Shown in pieces: positions 9,340 through 20,300 of a DNA stretch of 64,000 nt (position 1 is its first letter; the number at the start of each line of letters is the position of its first letter). The notes below the pieces were generated by a model. That model saw only the letters and a program-made list of their open reading frames with translations. It did not search any database and was not told the DNA's origin. This DNA is from a virus. Location: IMG/VR virus record IMGVR_UViG_3300042892_003562, positions 9,926 through 73,925 of that record; one strand, written 5' to 3'. The position numbers and the translations under genes were made by a program.

Positions 9340-9668
9340 CCGAACAAGAAGACGTCCTGCAAGAAGCCCTCCGCATCACCAGCGGCGACCGGCAAAACCA
9401 ATACGGCCCTCCGAACAAGGACTTCGCCCGCACCGCCAAGATGTGGACCGCGCTGAAAGGCGTCGAGTTCGAGGCGCGTGACGTGGCGCTATTCCTCATC
9501 TGCCTGAAGCTGTCCCGCGAGACCCACCAAAGGAAAAGGGACAACGCGGTGGACATCGCCGGATACGCCCGTTGCCTCCACTTGTGCAACGAGTCGGCTC
9601 GGGTGAACCGCTCCGAACAACTCCAATCCTTTATCGACTCCATGAAACTTGATCCAAACAAATTATGA
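9336..9668 (+). CDS. DUF6378-family protein
   Basis: GDRQxxYGPP..F.R.A..W...VAL.L..LKLSR....RDN.VDIAGYA pattern. Confidence 0.8.
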   Translation: MTEQEDVLQEALRITSGDRQNQYGPPNKDFARTAKMWTALKGVEFEARDVALFLICLKLSRETHQRKRDNAVDIAGYARCLHLCNESARVNRSEQLQSFIDSMKLDPNKL

Positions 9669-10162
9669 AATCAAAGACACACGCAATGGCGGAAGCCATC
9701 ACCGCAGCCCTCGGCCCGATCTTCCACGCCAACCCCGACTACAAGACCATCACCGAAGCCATCGCGCTGACCGTGGCGCGTGTCGCTCAGTCCACCCCAG
9801 ACAAGGGTAACGAGGAAGAAGAGCTTGAAATCATCATGCAAATCGCAGCCAATGCCCTCAACGTATTCCTCAATGAAGAGCAAACCATCCAAGAAACCAA
9901 AGCCAAGGTCTTGGCTAAAGGAATTGATGGATTTGCAGAGATGTATGGACCCGTCAACGGACTCGCCGCCATCAACGGAGGCGTGTCACCCGAAGCCTGT
10001 GCGGAAGCCGAAGAGTTTGCTGGACAAGACCACTCCGAAGAAAGCTGGGCGAACAGTTCCATCCATCAAGAAATCGCCCGGTTTGAACAAGAGCATCCAG
10101 AGGTCAATAATGGATACGAGCCCGACCGCCACAACCCGGACGGAGCCAGAGCTTACCTATGA
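9665..10162 (+). CDS. hypothetical protein
   Basis: 165 aa, ATGA-coupled. Confidence 0.7.
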   Translation: MKSKTHAMAEAITAALGPIFHANPDYKTITEAIALTVARVAQSTPDKGNEEEELEIIMQIAANALNVFLNEEQTIQETKAKVLAKGIDGFAEMYGPVNGLAAINGGVSPEACAEAEEFAGQDHSEESWANSSIHQEIARFEQEHPEVNNGYEPDRHNPDGARAYL

Positions 10163-10556
10163 GCGCCACGAGGCACCAAGGAAGCGCCGCAGGCTGCCGA
10201 CGGTCAGTGAGTCACGGAAAGCCCTCTCCGTGGCCTACAGGGCGTGCTACGAGGCTATACCGTCTCATCCTCAATGCCCGAGATGCGGGCTATCGCTCCC
10301 TAAAGATCAGCTTGAACGCCACCACCCGGCAGGCAGACGCAAAGCCGCCTTCCTATTTACGGTTCAAACATGCTCTCCGTGCCACCAATGGACCCACGCC
10401 CACCCCAAGGACGCCGAAGCCGTCGGTCTCTTATTGTCCGGTCGCAACTCCAAAATCCTCACCCTTGCCGCAGCAACTGAGCTGGTGGTAAGACAACGGT
10501 TTCCTGCCATGTATTCCATTGACATCCTGAAAGCCTTTAGCCTGACTAAACCATGA
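10110..10556 (+). CDS. HNH-like zinc-binding nuclease
   Basis: CPRCG...ERHHPAGR...TCSPCHQWTH; C-terminal FSLTK is encoded by palindrome 10536. Confidence 0.65.
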   Translation: MDTSPTATTRTEPELTYERHEAPRKRRRLPTVSESRKALSVAYRACYEAIPSHPQCPRCGLSLPKDQLERHHPAGRRKAAFLFTVQTCSPCHQWTHAHPKDAEAVGLLLSGRNSKILTLAAATELVVRQRFPAMYSIDILKAFSLTKP

Positions 10557-10855
10557 ACCACGAATCCATCAGCCTGCGAGTCAGCCACCTTGAGTTCCGC
10601 TGGTCCGACACCAACAAGAAATATGAGCTGCTGCGCTGGCACTCCCGTGACGAGGGCGGCGAGTTCTGCACCGTCATAGCCTTCTTCCATTACCAGAACG
10701 AGGGGTTCGACATGCGCACCGTCGGACGGCGCTACGAGGAGGCGCTCCGCGAATGTCCGGACGCCGTCCAGATCACCACCCGCTACGCCTTCGACTTCCT
10801 GCAAGCCCGCTTCAACGCGGAAGAGTCGCTCAAAGAACTTAAACCTTGGATGTGA
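10553..10855 (+). CDS. hypothetical protein
   Basis: 100 aa; ATG 2 nt after the palindrome. Confidence 0.7.
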   Translation: MNHESISLRVSHLEFRWSDTNKKYELLRWHSRDEGGEFCTVIAFFHYQNEGFDMRTVGRRYEEALRECPDAVQITTRYAFDFLQARFNAEESLKELKPWM

Positions 10856-11055
10856 TGAAATACGAAGGACCCCTCTACGGAAAGATCGGGAGACGCTACA
10901 TCCCGCTCCGTCAAACCTCCGATGACGTGGACGCGATGGAACAGGCACTGGCTGCCGCCAAAGTGAAACATGAATTGATGCAGGTAGAGTTAAAGCAGCT
11001 CCTCCACGACCTTCGATTCAACCCACTCCAACTCAAAACCCACCCCACTACATGA
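10855..11055 (+). CDS. hypothetical protein
   Basis: MKYEGPLYGKIGRRYIPL...; TGATG overlap. Confidence 0.65.
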   Translation: MKYEGPLYGKIGRRYIPLRQTSDDVDAMEQALAAAKVKHELMQVELKQLLHDLRFNPLQLKTHPTT

Positions 11056-11318
11056 AACACCTCTTTATCGGCGGGCCGGTTGACGGCCAGCATTTCGAAA
11101 CCCACGAAGCCCCCTACCACACGGTTGCCGTCGCTCCTTACCGCACCGTCACCTATGTCGATCCGCCTGATGAAACGACGATCAGCGACTACGGCTACCA
11201 CCGAGCCTACTACTTCGCCCACCGACTGCCGGGCAACGTGAAAGTTTACACACCGGAAGACTGGTCGATTGACCAAGCCATCGCAACCCTCATCCGCAGA
11301 TACCCCACATCCTTATGA
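11052..11318 (+). CDS. hypothetical protein (LFIGGPxDG family)
   Basis: N-terminal FIGGPVDG motif common in small phage proteins. Confidence 0.7.
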   Translation: MKHLFIGGPVDGQHFETHEAPYHTVAVAPYRTVTYVDPPDETTISDYGYHRAYYFAHRLPGNVKVYTPEDWSIDQAIATLIRRYPTSL

Positions 11319-11824
11319 AATCTCCTGAAAACTGGTATCATGAAATGATGAAACATGGTGAAAAGGTCATCACTTGGGGTGATTTCCAAGAACTTGTCGC
11401 TGAGATCCAGCGCGACGCCCTGTCCGACCCGATAGCTAAAACCACCGACCAGTTTAATTTTGAAATGAATCAGTCAATCGCCCGCAACGAGCGCATCCGG
11501 GCCGACCAGCTTCACGACGAGCTGATGAAAACACGAGCTAAGTGGCACGAAGCCCGCAAGCACCTCCGCGCCGCCAACAAGGGGGCCGAACGCAACGCGC
11601 AAGCCCTCGCCCTCGCCACGACACGCTATTGGGACTACCGCGACTCCGACCGGAACGAAAAGCAGCGCGACGAATACAAACACAAAACAGTCGTCTGGAA
11701 CTGGCTGCTCATGTCGGACGACGAATACCGCCTGAAGTGCGGCGAGCTGTCGTCCCAAGACCTCCGCAACATCCGGGCCGTGCTCAAGGCCATGCTCGGA
11801 ACCTCTCTCCTCAAACACCTGTAA
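11315..11824 (+). CDS. hypothetical coiled-coil protein
   Basis: 169 aa, ATGA-coupled. Confidence 0.7.
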   Translation: MKSPENWYHEMMKHGEKVITWGDFQELVAEIQRDALSDPIAKTTDQFNFEMNQSIARNERIRADQLHDELMKTRAKWHEARKHLRAANKGAERNAQALALATTRYWDYRDSDRNEKQRDEYKHKTVVWNWLLMSDDEYRLKCGELSSQDLRNIRAVLKAMLGTSLLKHL

Positions 11825-11826
11825 CC

Positions 11827-12291
11827 ATGCCATTCCAACACGCCATCCAACTCCTCGAAAAAGAATCCAGCTACTGTCTCCGTGATTACACCGCGCTCGG
11901 TGAGGTTCCGTCCGACGAATGCGCGGCCAAGCTCCGCAAGCTCAACAACGCCATCACCTTCCTCAAGGTGGCCAACCTCGGAGGGACGTCCGCGCTGGTC
12001 TCGCAGGTCCGCCAGTGGGGGCAGGACCGCAACATCACCGGCCCCAACGCCAAGGCGACGGTCCACACCCAGTTCGAGAAGCTCCGCGAGGAGTTCTTGG
12101 AGCTGGAGGACGCCATCGCCCGCGAGGACCAGCACGAGCTCATCGACGCCATCGGTGACATGACGGTGGTGTTGATTTTGTTGTCGGAGCTGGCAGGGGT
12201 GAGGTTCGAGACCTGCCTTGTCGCCGCCTACGAAGAAATCCGCGACCGCAAGGGCTCCATGATTAACGGAGCGTTTGTCAAACAACTTTAA
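11827..12291 (+). CDS. MazG-like nucleotide pyrophosphohydrolase
   Basis: QFEKLREEFLEL...LIDAIGDMTVVL...AYEEIRDRKG all-alpha NTP-PPase pattern. Confidence 0.85.
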   Translation: MPFQHAIQLLEKESSYCLRDYTALGEVPSDECAAKLRKLNNAITFLKVANLGGTSALVSQVRQWGQDRNITGPNAKATVHTQFEKLREEFLELEDAIAREDQHELIDAIGDMTVVLILLSELAGVRFETCLVAAYEEIRDRKGSMINGAFVKQL

Positions 12292-12294
12292 CCA

Positions 12295-12583
12295 ATTTTG
12301 CGCCGTGCCTGTGCAAGCCGAAGTAGCTCGCAACCCCGGATTGGGAATTCCCGACGAGGCAGTAGTGGTCGAAAAGCGCGTGGGGCAACTGCTCGTCGGC
12401 AGGATCATGACCCTAAACCTGATCACTCACGCGGCGGCGCAATCCCCTCACGGACGTAAAGCCGGACTTGATCCGGACAACCGGACGAATGACCCGAAGG
12501 AGGTTCGAAACTCCGGAAGGCAAGGAGACTACGTGTAAGTGTCTCCCGCTCTGCTCCACGGCGTAAATACTGCTGGAGCACCC
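12295..12583 (+). ncRNA. candidate structured intergenic RNA
   Basis: Nested stems TTGCGCCG/CGGCGCAA and CCGACGAGGCAGT/ACTGCTCGTCGG; possible pseudoknot CGCGTGGG/CTCACGCG; T-loop-like GGAG-GTTCGAAA-CTCC; further hairpins GGAGAC/GTCTCC and TGCTCCA/TGGAGCA. Confidence 0.5.
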
Positions 12584-12603
12584 TTTAGCCTGACTAAACC
12601 ACC

Positions 12604-12825
12604 ATGAACCGAGACGATCTCATCACCGAACTGTATGACCTACAGGCCCAGCTGACCCGTGGCTGTAGGATGAACCACTGCATCATCAACCCGCCTACCG
12701 GCATGGCTCCCAACGGAGGGTGCCGCTGCACCAAGGACCAGATCAGCAGACGCCTGCGCCAACTGTCGGAAGACGTGATGGACATCAGGCGTGACAACTG
12801 GTTCCCACCCACCCAACAACCATGA
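12604..12825 (+). CDS. small Cys-rich protein
   Basis: GC...CII...GM..NGGCRC; ATG 5 nt after palindrome 12584. Confidence 0.7.
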   Translation: MNRDDLITELYDLQAQLTRGCRMNHCIINPPTGMAPNGGCRCTKDQISRRLRQLSEDVMDIRRDNWFPPTQQP

Positions 12826-13031
12826 TCATCCACCATCCCGACATCAAGGAAATCAACAAGTTCCTCACCCACGGCATCCGCCTGCTGCACCATCTTGAGA
12901 AGCAGACCGGCGAACACGCGAAGCACAACCTTGAGACATTCCGTCTTGAGCTCGGGGACGCGTGGCTCAAGATGGCCAACTCCCTGAGCAATCCAATCAT
13001 CCAACTCGAAGAAACCGACCAACAACCATGA
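12822..13031 (+). CDS. hypothetical protein
   Basis: 69 aa, ATGA-coupled. Confidence 0.6.
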   Translation: MIIHHPDIKEINKFLTHGIRLLHHLEKQTGEHAKHNLETFRLELGDAWLKMANSLSNPIIQLEETDQQP

Positions 13032-13585
13032 GTGCCAAGAAGACCGCCAAGAAGAAACCCGCCGCCAAGAAGGCCGCGAAGAAAGCCGCCAAAGTGATGG
13101 CCGACGTGATGGACTCCATCATCGAGGCCGTGGAGCCGATGACCACCTCCAGTCCCCACGAGATGGAAGTGTTCGACGAGGACGACTACAACCCCTACGC
13201 CCCGAACAATGACGGTGGTGGATGGGGCAAAGAGGAGCCAGCGTTCTCGTCGTTGGACGATGATGAGCCGTATCCAGAGCCGGAAGCTATCATCATGCCC
13301 CCTGACGAGCCGAAGCCGCAGCCTGTCCCCGTGGAGAGGCCGTCCTTGCCCGTCCCTGCACCCGTAGGACGCGTCGTAACGCCTCCCGTGGCACCAAGTC
13401 CCACACCACCCCCCAACGAGCCCACAGGCGACGCCCTGATCGTCCACCGCCTCATCAACGGCATCAACCACCTCTACAAGATTGCCCGCCTGACCAAGGG
13501 AGCCAAGGGACCACAACCCGAGCACGTCGCCCGCATCCAGACCAACATCCTCGCCGCCAAAGACCTCATCACCCGCCTGTCGTGA
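13028..13585 (+). CDS. protein with histone-H1-like Lys/Ala N-terminus and acidic/Pro-rich linker
   Basis: MSAKKTAKKKPAAKKAAKKAAK followed by D/E-rich and P-rich segments. Confidence 0.7.
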   Translation: MSAKKTAKKKPAAKKAAKKAAKVMADVMDSIIEAVEPMTTSSPHEMEVFDEDDYNPYAPNNDGGGWGKEEPAFSSLDDDEPYPEPEAIIMPPDEPKPQPVPVERPSLPVPAPVGRVVTPPVAPSPTPPPNEPTGDALIVHRLINGINHLYKIARLTKGAKGPQPEHVARIQTNILAAKDLITRLS

Positions 13586-13869
13586 ACCGCCCCAAGCAAC
13601 GCAAGAACAAGCGCCTGCTCGAACTGCTCGGCTGCGACCCCCACGAGGAAGTCCCCACCTTCGAGGAGGCTCGCGACTCGGTGCCACGGGAAGTGCTCCC
13701 AGAACGAATCATCTGCCCCGCCTCCGGCAAACATTCCTTCCCCTCACAAAGCACCGCCCGCCAAGCCGCCACCAACCGCATGAACAAGGGCTCGGGGACA
13801 GGCGCTGTCAGGCAGTATCTCTGCCCCGACTGCTCGATGTGGCACCTCTCGTCCTCCTTCCACCGCTAG
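13582..13869 (+). CDS. small zinc-finger protein
   Basis: CPASGK..F...A......YLCPDCSMWHLS. Confidence 0.7.
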   Translation: MNRPKQRKNKRLLELLGCDPHEEVPTFEEARDSVPREVLPERIICPASGKHSFPSQSTARQAATNRMNKGSGTGAVRQYLCPDCSMWHLSSSFHR

Positions 13870-13871
13870 CC

Positions 13872-14195
13872 ATGCTCTACAACGAAGACCGTCAGAACGA
13901 AGCTGACGCCCGGATCGACCAGTGGATTGGAGCCCCTATTGCGATGGAGGAACTGAGACGCACCATTCTCCGCCACGTCTGCCACTGCTACCAACGCAAC
14001 GACTGGCGCTGGCCGTGCAACCGTCACACCGTCTCGGACGAAGACGTGCTGGCGGCGGTCAACCACATCAAATCCCTAAGAGGATGGTGGTTCAACAAGA
14101 CAACCAAGGACGCCGCCTTCCGCACCGCCCTGTATGAACAAGGGAAGGCCATCTACAAGCGCGAGGCTCCCGAACGACACGATTACCAAATTTAA
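13872..14195 (+). CDS. hypothetical protein
   Basis: MLYNEDRQ...; 2 nt after the upstream stop. Confidence 0.65.
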   Translation: MLYNEDRQNEADARIDQWIGAPIAMEELRRTILRHVCHCYQRNDWRWPCNRHTVSDEDVLAAVNHIKSLRGWWFNKTTKDAAFRTALYEQGKAIYKREAPERHDYQI

Positions 14196-14213
14196 CCTTT
14201 AGCCTGACTAAAC

Positions 14214-14375
14214 ATGAAGAAAGAACTACAGGAAGCGGCCTTCACCCGTGAGATCGAGAGACGCATCGACCAGCTCGCCACCGAGTTCGACCTGTCCTAC
14301 TCGTTCGTCGTGGGGGCGCTCAGCCTGATCCTCCACGGGATCAAGCAGGAATACTTCGAGGACGATGAGGACTAG
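14214..14375 (+). CDS. 53-aa hypothetical protein (not in the ORF track)
   Basis: MKKELQEAAF...FEDDED*; ATG 1 nt after palindrome 14198; its stop overlaps the convergent giant gene stop. Confidence 0.65.
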   Translation: MKKELQEAAFTREIERRIDQLATEFDLSYSFVVGALSLILHGIKQEYFEDDED

Positions 14376-17300
14376 GGCTCGTTCGCCCACACCGCTTCCT
14401 GAAGCACCTTCTTGGAGGACTGTCTTCCCTCACGGGTGGAGAATAGAATTTCCTGTGCGAGATAGAGCGAGATGTCGAAGGCGCTAACCTCGCCCGTCTC
14501 GTTCGCGTCGTAAGCCAAATTCATTCCGGCAACCAAGTCGTATAGCACCCCGGTCGGAGCGGTGAGCTGCATTGCCGTCTTGAGTCCGCTGCTCTCCATC
14601 TCCCACACGTTTACCGCGTCCTTGTCCCACTTGTTCTCCGCCGATTCCAGTCCGGTGAGCTTGGCCGTGGCCTCCTGCACCACACTGTTGGTGATGCTGT
14701 TCTTGAAGGCGCTTGCCACCGGGAACAACCCGAGCACCGCGCCAGCCACCGGAGCCACCGGCAATACCTCGCTCAACATCGAGCTGGCCAACCCGGCGTA
14801 AGCCGAAGCCGCCGCCGCGTCCGGGTCCTTCCAGTCTTGGAAGAACTGTCCGGGTTTGCCGATGGTCATCGCCTTGATCCCTCCGAGAACCGCGTTGTCC
14901 TCTCCTTCCGTATTGAACAGGCTGTCTGCCTTCTCCTGAGCCTTGGCCATCGCCTCGTCCTCGTCGTCTCCGCCAAGCATGTAGCCGACCGACAACAGGA
15001 TTGGAACGAGGTTTCGGATCTTCAGAGCGTGGAACAACGAGTTTTGCACCATCGTCCCGACAAGGTTCTCCACCGCGTTCTGGTGGGCACGCTTTCCGCC
15101 GTCGGTCATTTGTCCGCCAATGTCCTCACCCGCTTCGTTGAGCGTTCCTATCTCGTGACGTTCGGCCTGCCATAACGTGGGGGCCATAGCACTCATGTTA
15201 CTGGCGGTGGACGCCTGATGGTTCGAAAACCGGACAATCGAGCGCATCAACGCGTTCCATGTCGGAGAGCTGGTCTTGTTCTGGAAGAAGAACGACTTCT
15301 TCGCCTTGTCCGAAACCCCCATGTGGTCATTAAGCTTTGTTTGAGCGGCTTCCACCGCTTCCTGCGGGATGTCGAAACGTCCCTTGTTCTCCGCCTTGAT
15401 CATCTCTGTGATGGAGCTTGGCACCTCCCCGTCAATCAGACCCCTTGACTTCATCCATTGGAGCTCGGCCATCAACTCGGTGAGGAAGATGGCGCGTGAC
15501 AACCAGCGTTCCGGCTTGGCGATGGTCAAATCCAAAGCCTTTTCCTGCCACTCCTGAGTGACCTTCGCCGCCTTGCCGGAATACTTCTTCACATTACCCA
15601 CACCGTGACGGGTCTGGTTGCGCAGATTGGTCTTCACTTGGTCCATTCCGTCCGCACCACGGAAACTCGACCACGGAGCAACCCGCAGCATAAACTCCTT
15701 GGCGTCGTGGTTGTAGTCGCCGGGCTCGTTCTTGTCGAACGACTTGGAAGTGACGATCTGGCCCATCGCCTCGAACATCATCCCCGCCTCGTTCCATTTC
15801 CCTGAAAGCAGCTTTTTCGCGCCGTAACCCAGAAGCGAAGGAGCCGACTGGTTCCACCATTGTTGGAACGAAGCCAGCGCCTTGAAGATATACATCGACG
15901 ACAGGAACTGAATGCTTTCGGAAAACGCCGTGTCGGTCACCCCGTGCTGCATGTCGTTGGCGATTTCATTGTCGAACTCGGAAGCGATGCCCGCCAGCGC
16001 CACCCGTTGCAAACGCTTGTCCGCATTCTGCTCGTCCTCCCCAAGAATCAGTGAATTGACGATCTCGGCTTGGTTTGGACCCGCCTGCTGGACGCTTCCG
16101 ACAATGTTCCGCAACGAACTGTAGACTGGCGTGACGTTCAACCGGTAGAGCGTGTCGTCAAGCATTCCCTCAATCGCGGAAATCCCGTTCAAACTCACAG
16201 GACGGAACACCAACGTCTTCTTGTTCTTGTCACGCTTCTCGGTGCGTCCCGGACCACCCAGCAATGACATCTCTTGGAACCCGACCTCATGCAAAGGATC
16301 GGCCTTGTAAGGCGTCACTTCCAGACTGAGACGTTCCGCAGACGGATCGGTGGCGTAAGCATACCGCAATGGGACAGTCGAGATCAAACGGGCTTGGCCA
16401 TGCAGTCTTCCCGCAAGGAACGCCTCGGACGGATTAATGTCCTCAATCTCTTTCTGGTCGTGACCCATCGCCATCATCATGATTTCAGCCGCGTCGGTCA
16501 TGCCCTTGAACTTGTCACCGATGTAGTCGGCGTAGTCCTTGGCGGCATCCATCACTCCTGACTCTTCCGACTTCGCGTAAAGCCTCTCGATGGCCTCGTT
16601 GATCTGCTGCACCGCATAGGCCTCCTTGTCACCTTTCGGGACAAACGGAGAGTCAACGATGTCCTCAATGATGGAGTAGAGCTCCTTCACCATGTTCTCG
16701 TCGCGAATGACGTTGATGTGGTCGTCGTTGAAAAACCCTTTCACACCACCCGCCGCCTTTTTCAAGGCCCCGTCCGTCACCTTGCTGTGACTTGCGAGCT
16801 GGGCGTCGCGATACAAGGACAAGTCCTTCACCCCTTTCTTCAGGTCGTTCGACCACATCGAGAAGTTGGCGGCGACCGAGTAGGTCCTGACTCTCTTCAA
16901 TCCTTCCAAACTGGCGATCATGTAAGGAATCGACTGCATCAAGGAGTCGTTCCCAAGCGCCAGATGCTTCTTGGCCATCACCTTCTTCTCAGCTTCCAGC
17001 TGGGAAATCCAGCCGTTGCGGCCCGAGTTCATGTCGAAACCGTTCTGGAGGATACCGTGGAGACGCATCGCCTCAAGCTGGGCGAGGTAGTTTTTCCGGT
17101 AACGAATCCGGACGCGAGAGTCGTGGTGGTTCAAATACTTCATCGCCGTCAGTTCGGCGGTGCTCAGGTTGGTGGACAACCCGGTCAACAGCTGTTGCAA
17201 AGCGGCCTCCCCCTCGATCCTCGCGCTCATCCGCTCGAACAATTCGAACAGGCGGACCTGCTGGGCGGTGTTGTCGCTTTGAACAATGCTGTCGTCACCG

Positions 17301-20300
17301 AGCATCTCAAGGAACTTTGCGATGTCCTCCTTGAGTCCGCGTTGGTTGGTCTCCGTGCTGGGCGAGAGCTTGTCGTAACCAATGACCAGCGCCTCCACCA
17401 TGTGGGACAACTGACTCAACGCGTTCTTCATGTCAACATGCTCAACGTCCACCTTCTTGTCCGCCGCCAGCTTGAAACCAGCCACCTTGTCACCCGGACG
17501 GGCGTTGGCTCGGGCGATCAAAAGCTCCGCGTGACGACCGGAATACTCCTTGGCCACCTGTTCACGGGTGGTTCCAGAAGGGGTGAACCTCGCTCCACCA
17601 AACGCATGGGTCCATGTCCCGTCTTTCCATTCACGGGTGAAGCCCATCCGGTTCTTGGTCTGGGGTTGGGGCGTTGGTTCGTCGGTGTCGGGAAGAGAGT
17701 TGAGGACGACGTCGCGCATCGTGATCTTCTTGCCTTTGCGCTTGGCGGTCTTCTCCGCAGGGGTGAGCTCGCTGTTGGAATGGTAGCGGTTCTTCAGGTC
17801 CTGCTCGGCGTTGATCTGACCCAGCATGATCCACTCACCGTTGTTGATGAGATGGCCGATGATGTCCTTGCGGGCGGCGAAGTTGGACGGCACCTTGTAT
17901 TTGGAGACTCGGCGGGCTGCGTTTAGCCGGGCTAAATCAGCCTGAAGACTCTTGATCTTGTTCCGGTTTCCGGCAATCGGATGCTTGAACAACTCCTTGT
18001 CGGCGAGCTTGGTCTCAATGGCTTTGATCTGGTTGTTGATAACCTCAAGATTACCTCTCAGACCACTCCGGAACTTCGGATCAACCGACAGCTTCACCAG
18101 ACGGGTCTTTTCGTTCTGAAGCGAAACCATCTTCTCAAGCATTGGAGCGGCACGCTCTGCCTCGGTCTGACGCTGGGCCAGCTCGTCCCTCACCTTCATC
18201 GCTTCGACCACGTTGCTCGTGGAATAGATGCTGTGGACTCCGGGCTCCGCCAGCAAGGCGATGGCGTCAGGACTCAGTTGGGAACCCGATCCGGTCACTC
18301 CCCCGAAGTTGTTCTTGAACTCGGTCAGACGCGCCTCGGCGATCCTCTCCTGCAACGTGAGCGTGTCGCTCACCTGACGGATAATCGCCGCTGGGTTATA
18401 GTCGTTGAAGTAAGCTTGGTCGCCCTTCACCGCACGGTAGAGCTCGTCGGCATGACGGGCGTATTGACCGAGCGACTTGGTCAGAGCCTCTTTCATAATG
18501 TAGAACTCGTGGTCCTTCTCTCCTTCCGGCGTGGCGTTCCACTTGGCTGCAAGCTGGGCAAGACCCGCCTCAATCCCCATCTTGTTCTCGAAGTTGGGGG
18601 TGGTTCCGGCAGGGTAGAGGACGATGGTGGCGTTCACCGATTCGGTGCGTCCGGTCGGTCCTTTCTCACCGGAGATGAAGACGTGGCGACCCGCCGACCA
18701 CGGGGTGACCGAGCTGTGGGCGAGACGCTGGAAGAACCCTCCCTTCAATGGATTGCGGTCGATACGGACCAGACCAGCCAACTCCTTGTTTGCCAGTTCG
18801 ACATTCTGGCGAGCGACACGCAACTTGTTCATTTCCGACGCATCCAAAACCTTGCCACGCTCCGCGATCTCCATCTTGAGACTTGACGAAAGCTGCATCT
18901 CGTTGAGCAGGGCTCTGGTGTTCTTCTGGCGGTTGGGACGGACCTTGGAATCGTTTTCCAATGAGTCGAACTTCTCGTTCAATTCCCGAACCAACGTCTT
19001 TGCCGCAGCTTCCTTGCCGAACGTGCTGATCTCGCCGATGGTTTGATTGAGCAGCTTCTGGTAACCGCTGCGGTTGGGCGCGAGCTTGGCCGGAAGGTTC
19101 GAACGGTAGATCGCGTCAGCCTCCGACAGCACGTGCTGGAGAATCATCTCACGTTGAGCCTCATCAATAAGGTTGATTGACTGCGAGTTGAACAAGTCAG
19201 GCGTCGCCGCCATCACGGCTTCAATCCGGTCGACCTCCGATTGGTTGAACGCAATCCGGTCTTCGATAAACGCCTTCCGGTCCTTCATCGCCTGAAGCTC
19301 GCGGCGGGCCTCTGCCTCATGGCCTTCCAGCATTGGAAACACATTTTTCATCTCGGCGTAGACTTCGGGCGTCAAGGCCATGTCGGCGAAGGCGCGTGGG
19401 TAGATGACAAGCTTGTCCTGCCCCTTGCCGTTGTCGACCCAAGCTTGGGTTCCTTGGTCAATGGAACGCTGGGCTTCCTTGCGGATCACCGACTCAACAC
19501 CGGAGACACGGGAAAGAAGACCGCCGGAGAACGATTTGAACCGGTTGCTCTCGTGGTGAAGCGTGGACGCGGTGCGTCCGTTGATCCGTCCTTCCATCAT
19601 GTTGTGCCATGCGGTGACAACAGGGACTCCCTCACGGCCCTGAAGCCTGCTCTCCTGTGTCCGGCGAAGCCCCTTGGGGGTGTTCTGTCTGACGACGGGA
19701 CGCGCCTGCGGACTGGTGGACTCGCTGAGAAGTTGTGTTCCCGGAGTTGGCCGTCTCGAAGCCATCCCCTCCATCTGGGTTCTGGCGTCAAACCGCATCG
19801 ACTCATGCTCCTTGGCAAGACCGATCAGGTCGACAAAGAGGTTGATCATCATCGCGTCGCTCGCTGGCAGGCTTTCTCCGTTCCATGCCGGGTCCTCAAA
19901 CCCACCACGTCCACGGTGAAACTCCTCCAACACCGCCTCCATCCGCTTGTCCATCACCCCATACTCAGAGATGTCGTGGTTCTTGTTGCGGAGATACTGG
20001 AGGATGCTGGAAACCGACGGCTCGACGGAACGAAGCAACTCCTTGTCCTCGTTCGACGGCTCGATGTCCAACTCGACTTCCTGACGTTCGGTGGAGTCGA
20101 CGCGGCTGGCGAGGAACTTCTCAAGCTCCGACTCCATCCAGCTCTTCTCCACATCGTCAGCCGCCTGCTCTTCGGCCAGATCCGAATCCTCGTCGGTTTG
20201 AGGCGTGGCCTTGGTTTCCATCGCGTTGTCGAAGGCGTATGGGTCCTGTTCCTCCACCGCGTCCTCGCCCATCTGCTTGTTTGCCAGAAGGATTTCATTG

